The translations under genes were made by a program, and so were the position numbers. The notes beneath the pieces are model-generated. The model was not told the DNA's origin, ran no database searches, and saw only the letters and a list, made by a program, of their open reading frames with translations. 64,000 bases of DNA from Octopus vulgaris (Eukaryota). Shown one piece after another: positions 63,801 to 64,000 of the stretch. The stretch is taken from NCBI GenBank assembly GCA_951406725.2, contig OX597815.1:164176001-164240000 (forward strand), written 5' to 3'. How positions within the stretch are numbered: the stretch's first letter is position 1; each line of letters begins with the position of its first letter.

Positions 63801-64000
63801 ATCGGGGAATTACCTCCCTTTGCAGGTTTAGGGCACCGTGACGGTGTCGAGCCTTTCTGGTGACGTCGATGTTCGCCTGGGGCTAAATGCAACAGTAACA
63901 CCCCCACCACCCTGCCCTGTCCCTAGCCATATTCAGATGGCTTTAGTCCCTTATGTTGTCGAGCAGTTACTGTCTATATTCCTTTTAGAGAATTATTATT

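Larger units (their letters stand above)
62575..64000. mobile_element. Retrozyme-like array: 3 direct 359/359/360-bp units, a 23-bp partial unit, then an inverted unit running off the window
   Basis: Units start (agcaataataattctc) at 62575, 62934, 63293 and 63653; the inverted copy starts at 63676; each full unit contains a hammerhead motif. Confidence 0.85.

Noticed and set aside
62552-63910. Short ORFs repeated in the 359-bp units
   Set aside because: They have no recognisable domains, use non-ATG starts and differ by a frameshift between units; they are by-products of the repeat.

Overview
AT-rich, microsatellite- and SINE-dense animal genomic DNA; the repeat families resemble those of Octopus (inference). 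The window lies inside one + strand spliced gene encoding a MARCH2/3-like RING-CH E3 ubiquitin ligase. Three phase-compatible exons are visible: 448-2096 (long Q/H/P/S-rich exon), 23998-24202 (RING-CH) and 44464-44673 (two TM helices); the first and last exons were not found. The introns hold an apparently intact 4.7 kb CR1/L2-group LINE (35385-40128, minus), a decayed relative, R4/Dong and RTE fragments, a Penelope GIY-YIG remnant, Helitrons, MITEs/foldbacks and three tRNA-derived SINE families. The highlight is 62575-64000: a 359-bp unit repeated three times head-to-tail and then once inverted. Each unit carries a type I hammerhead ribozyme fold with a U4C core variant, a palindromic stem III (ACCATGGT) and a GUC cleavage triplet on a long rod-like stem. 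This is the architecture of a non-LTR retrozyme (candidate self-cleaving circular-RNA element) with a Penelope-type inversion. All RNA folds were paired by eye and none has been computed or tested.
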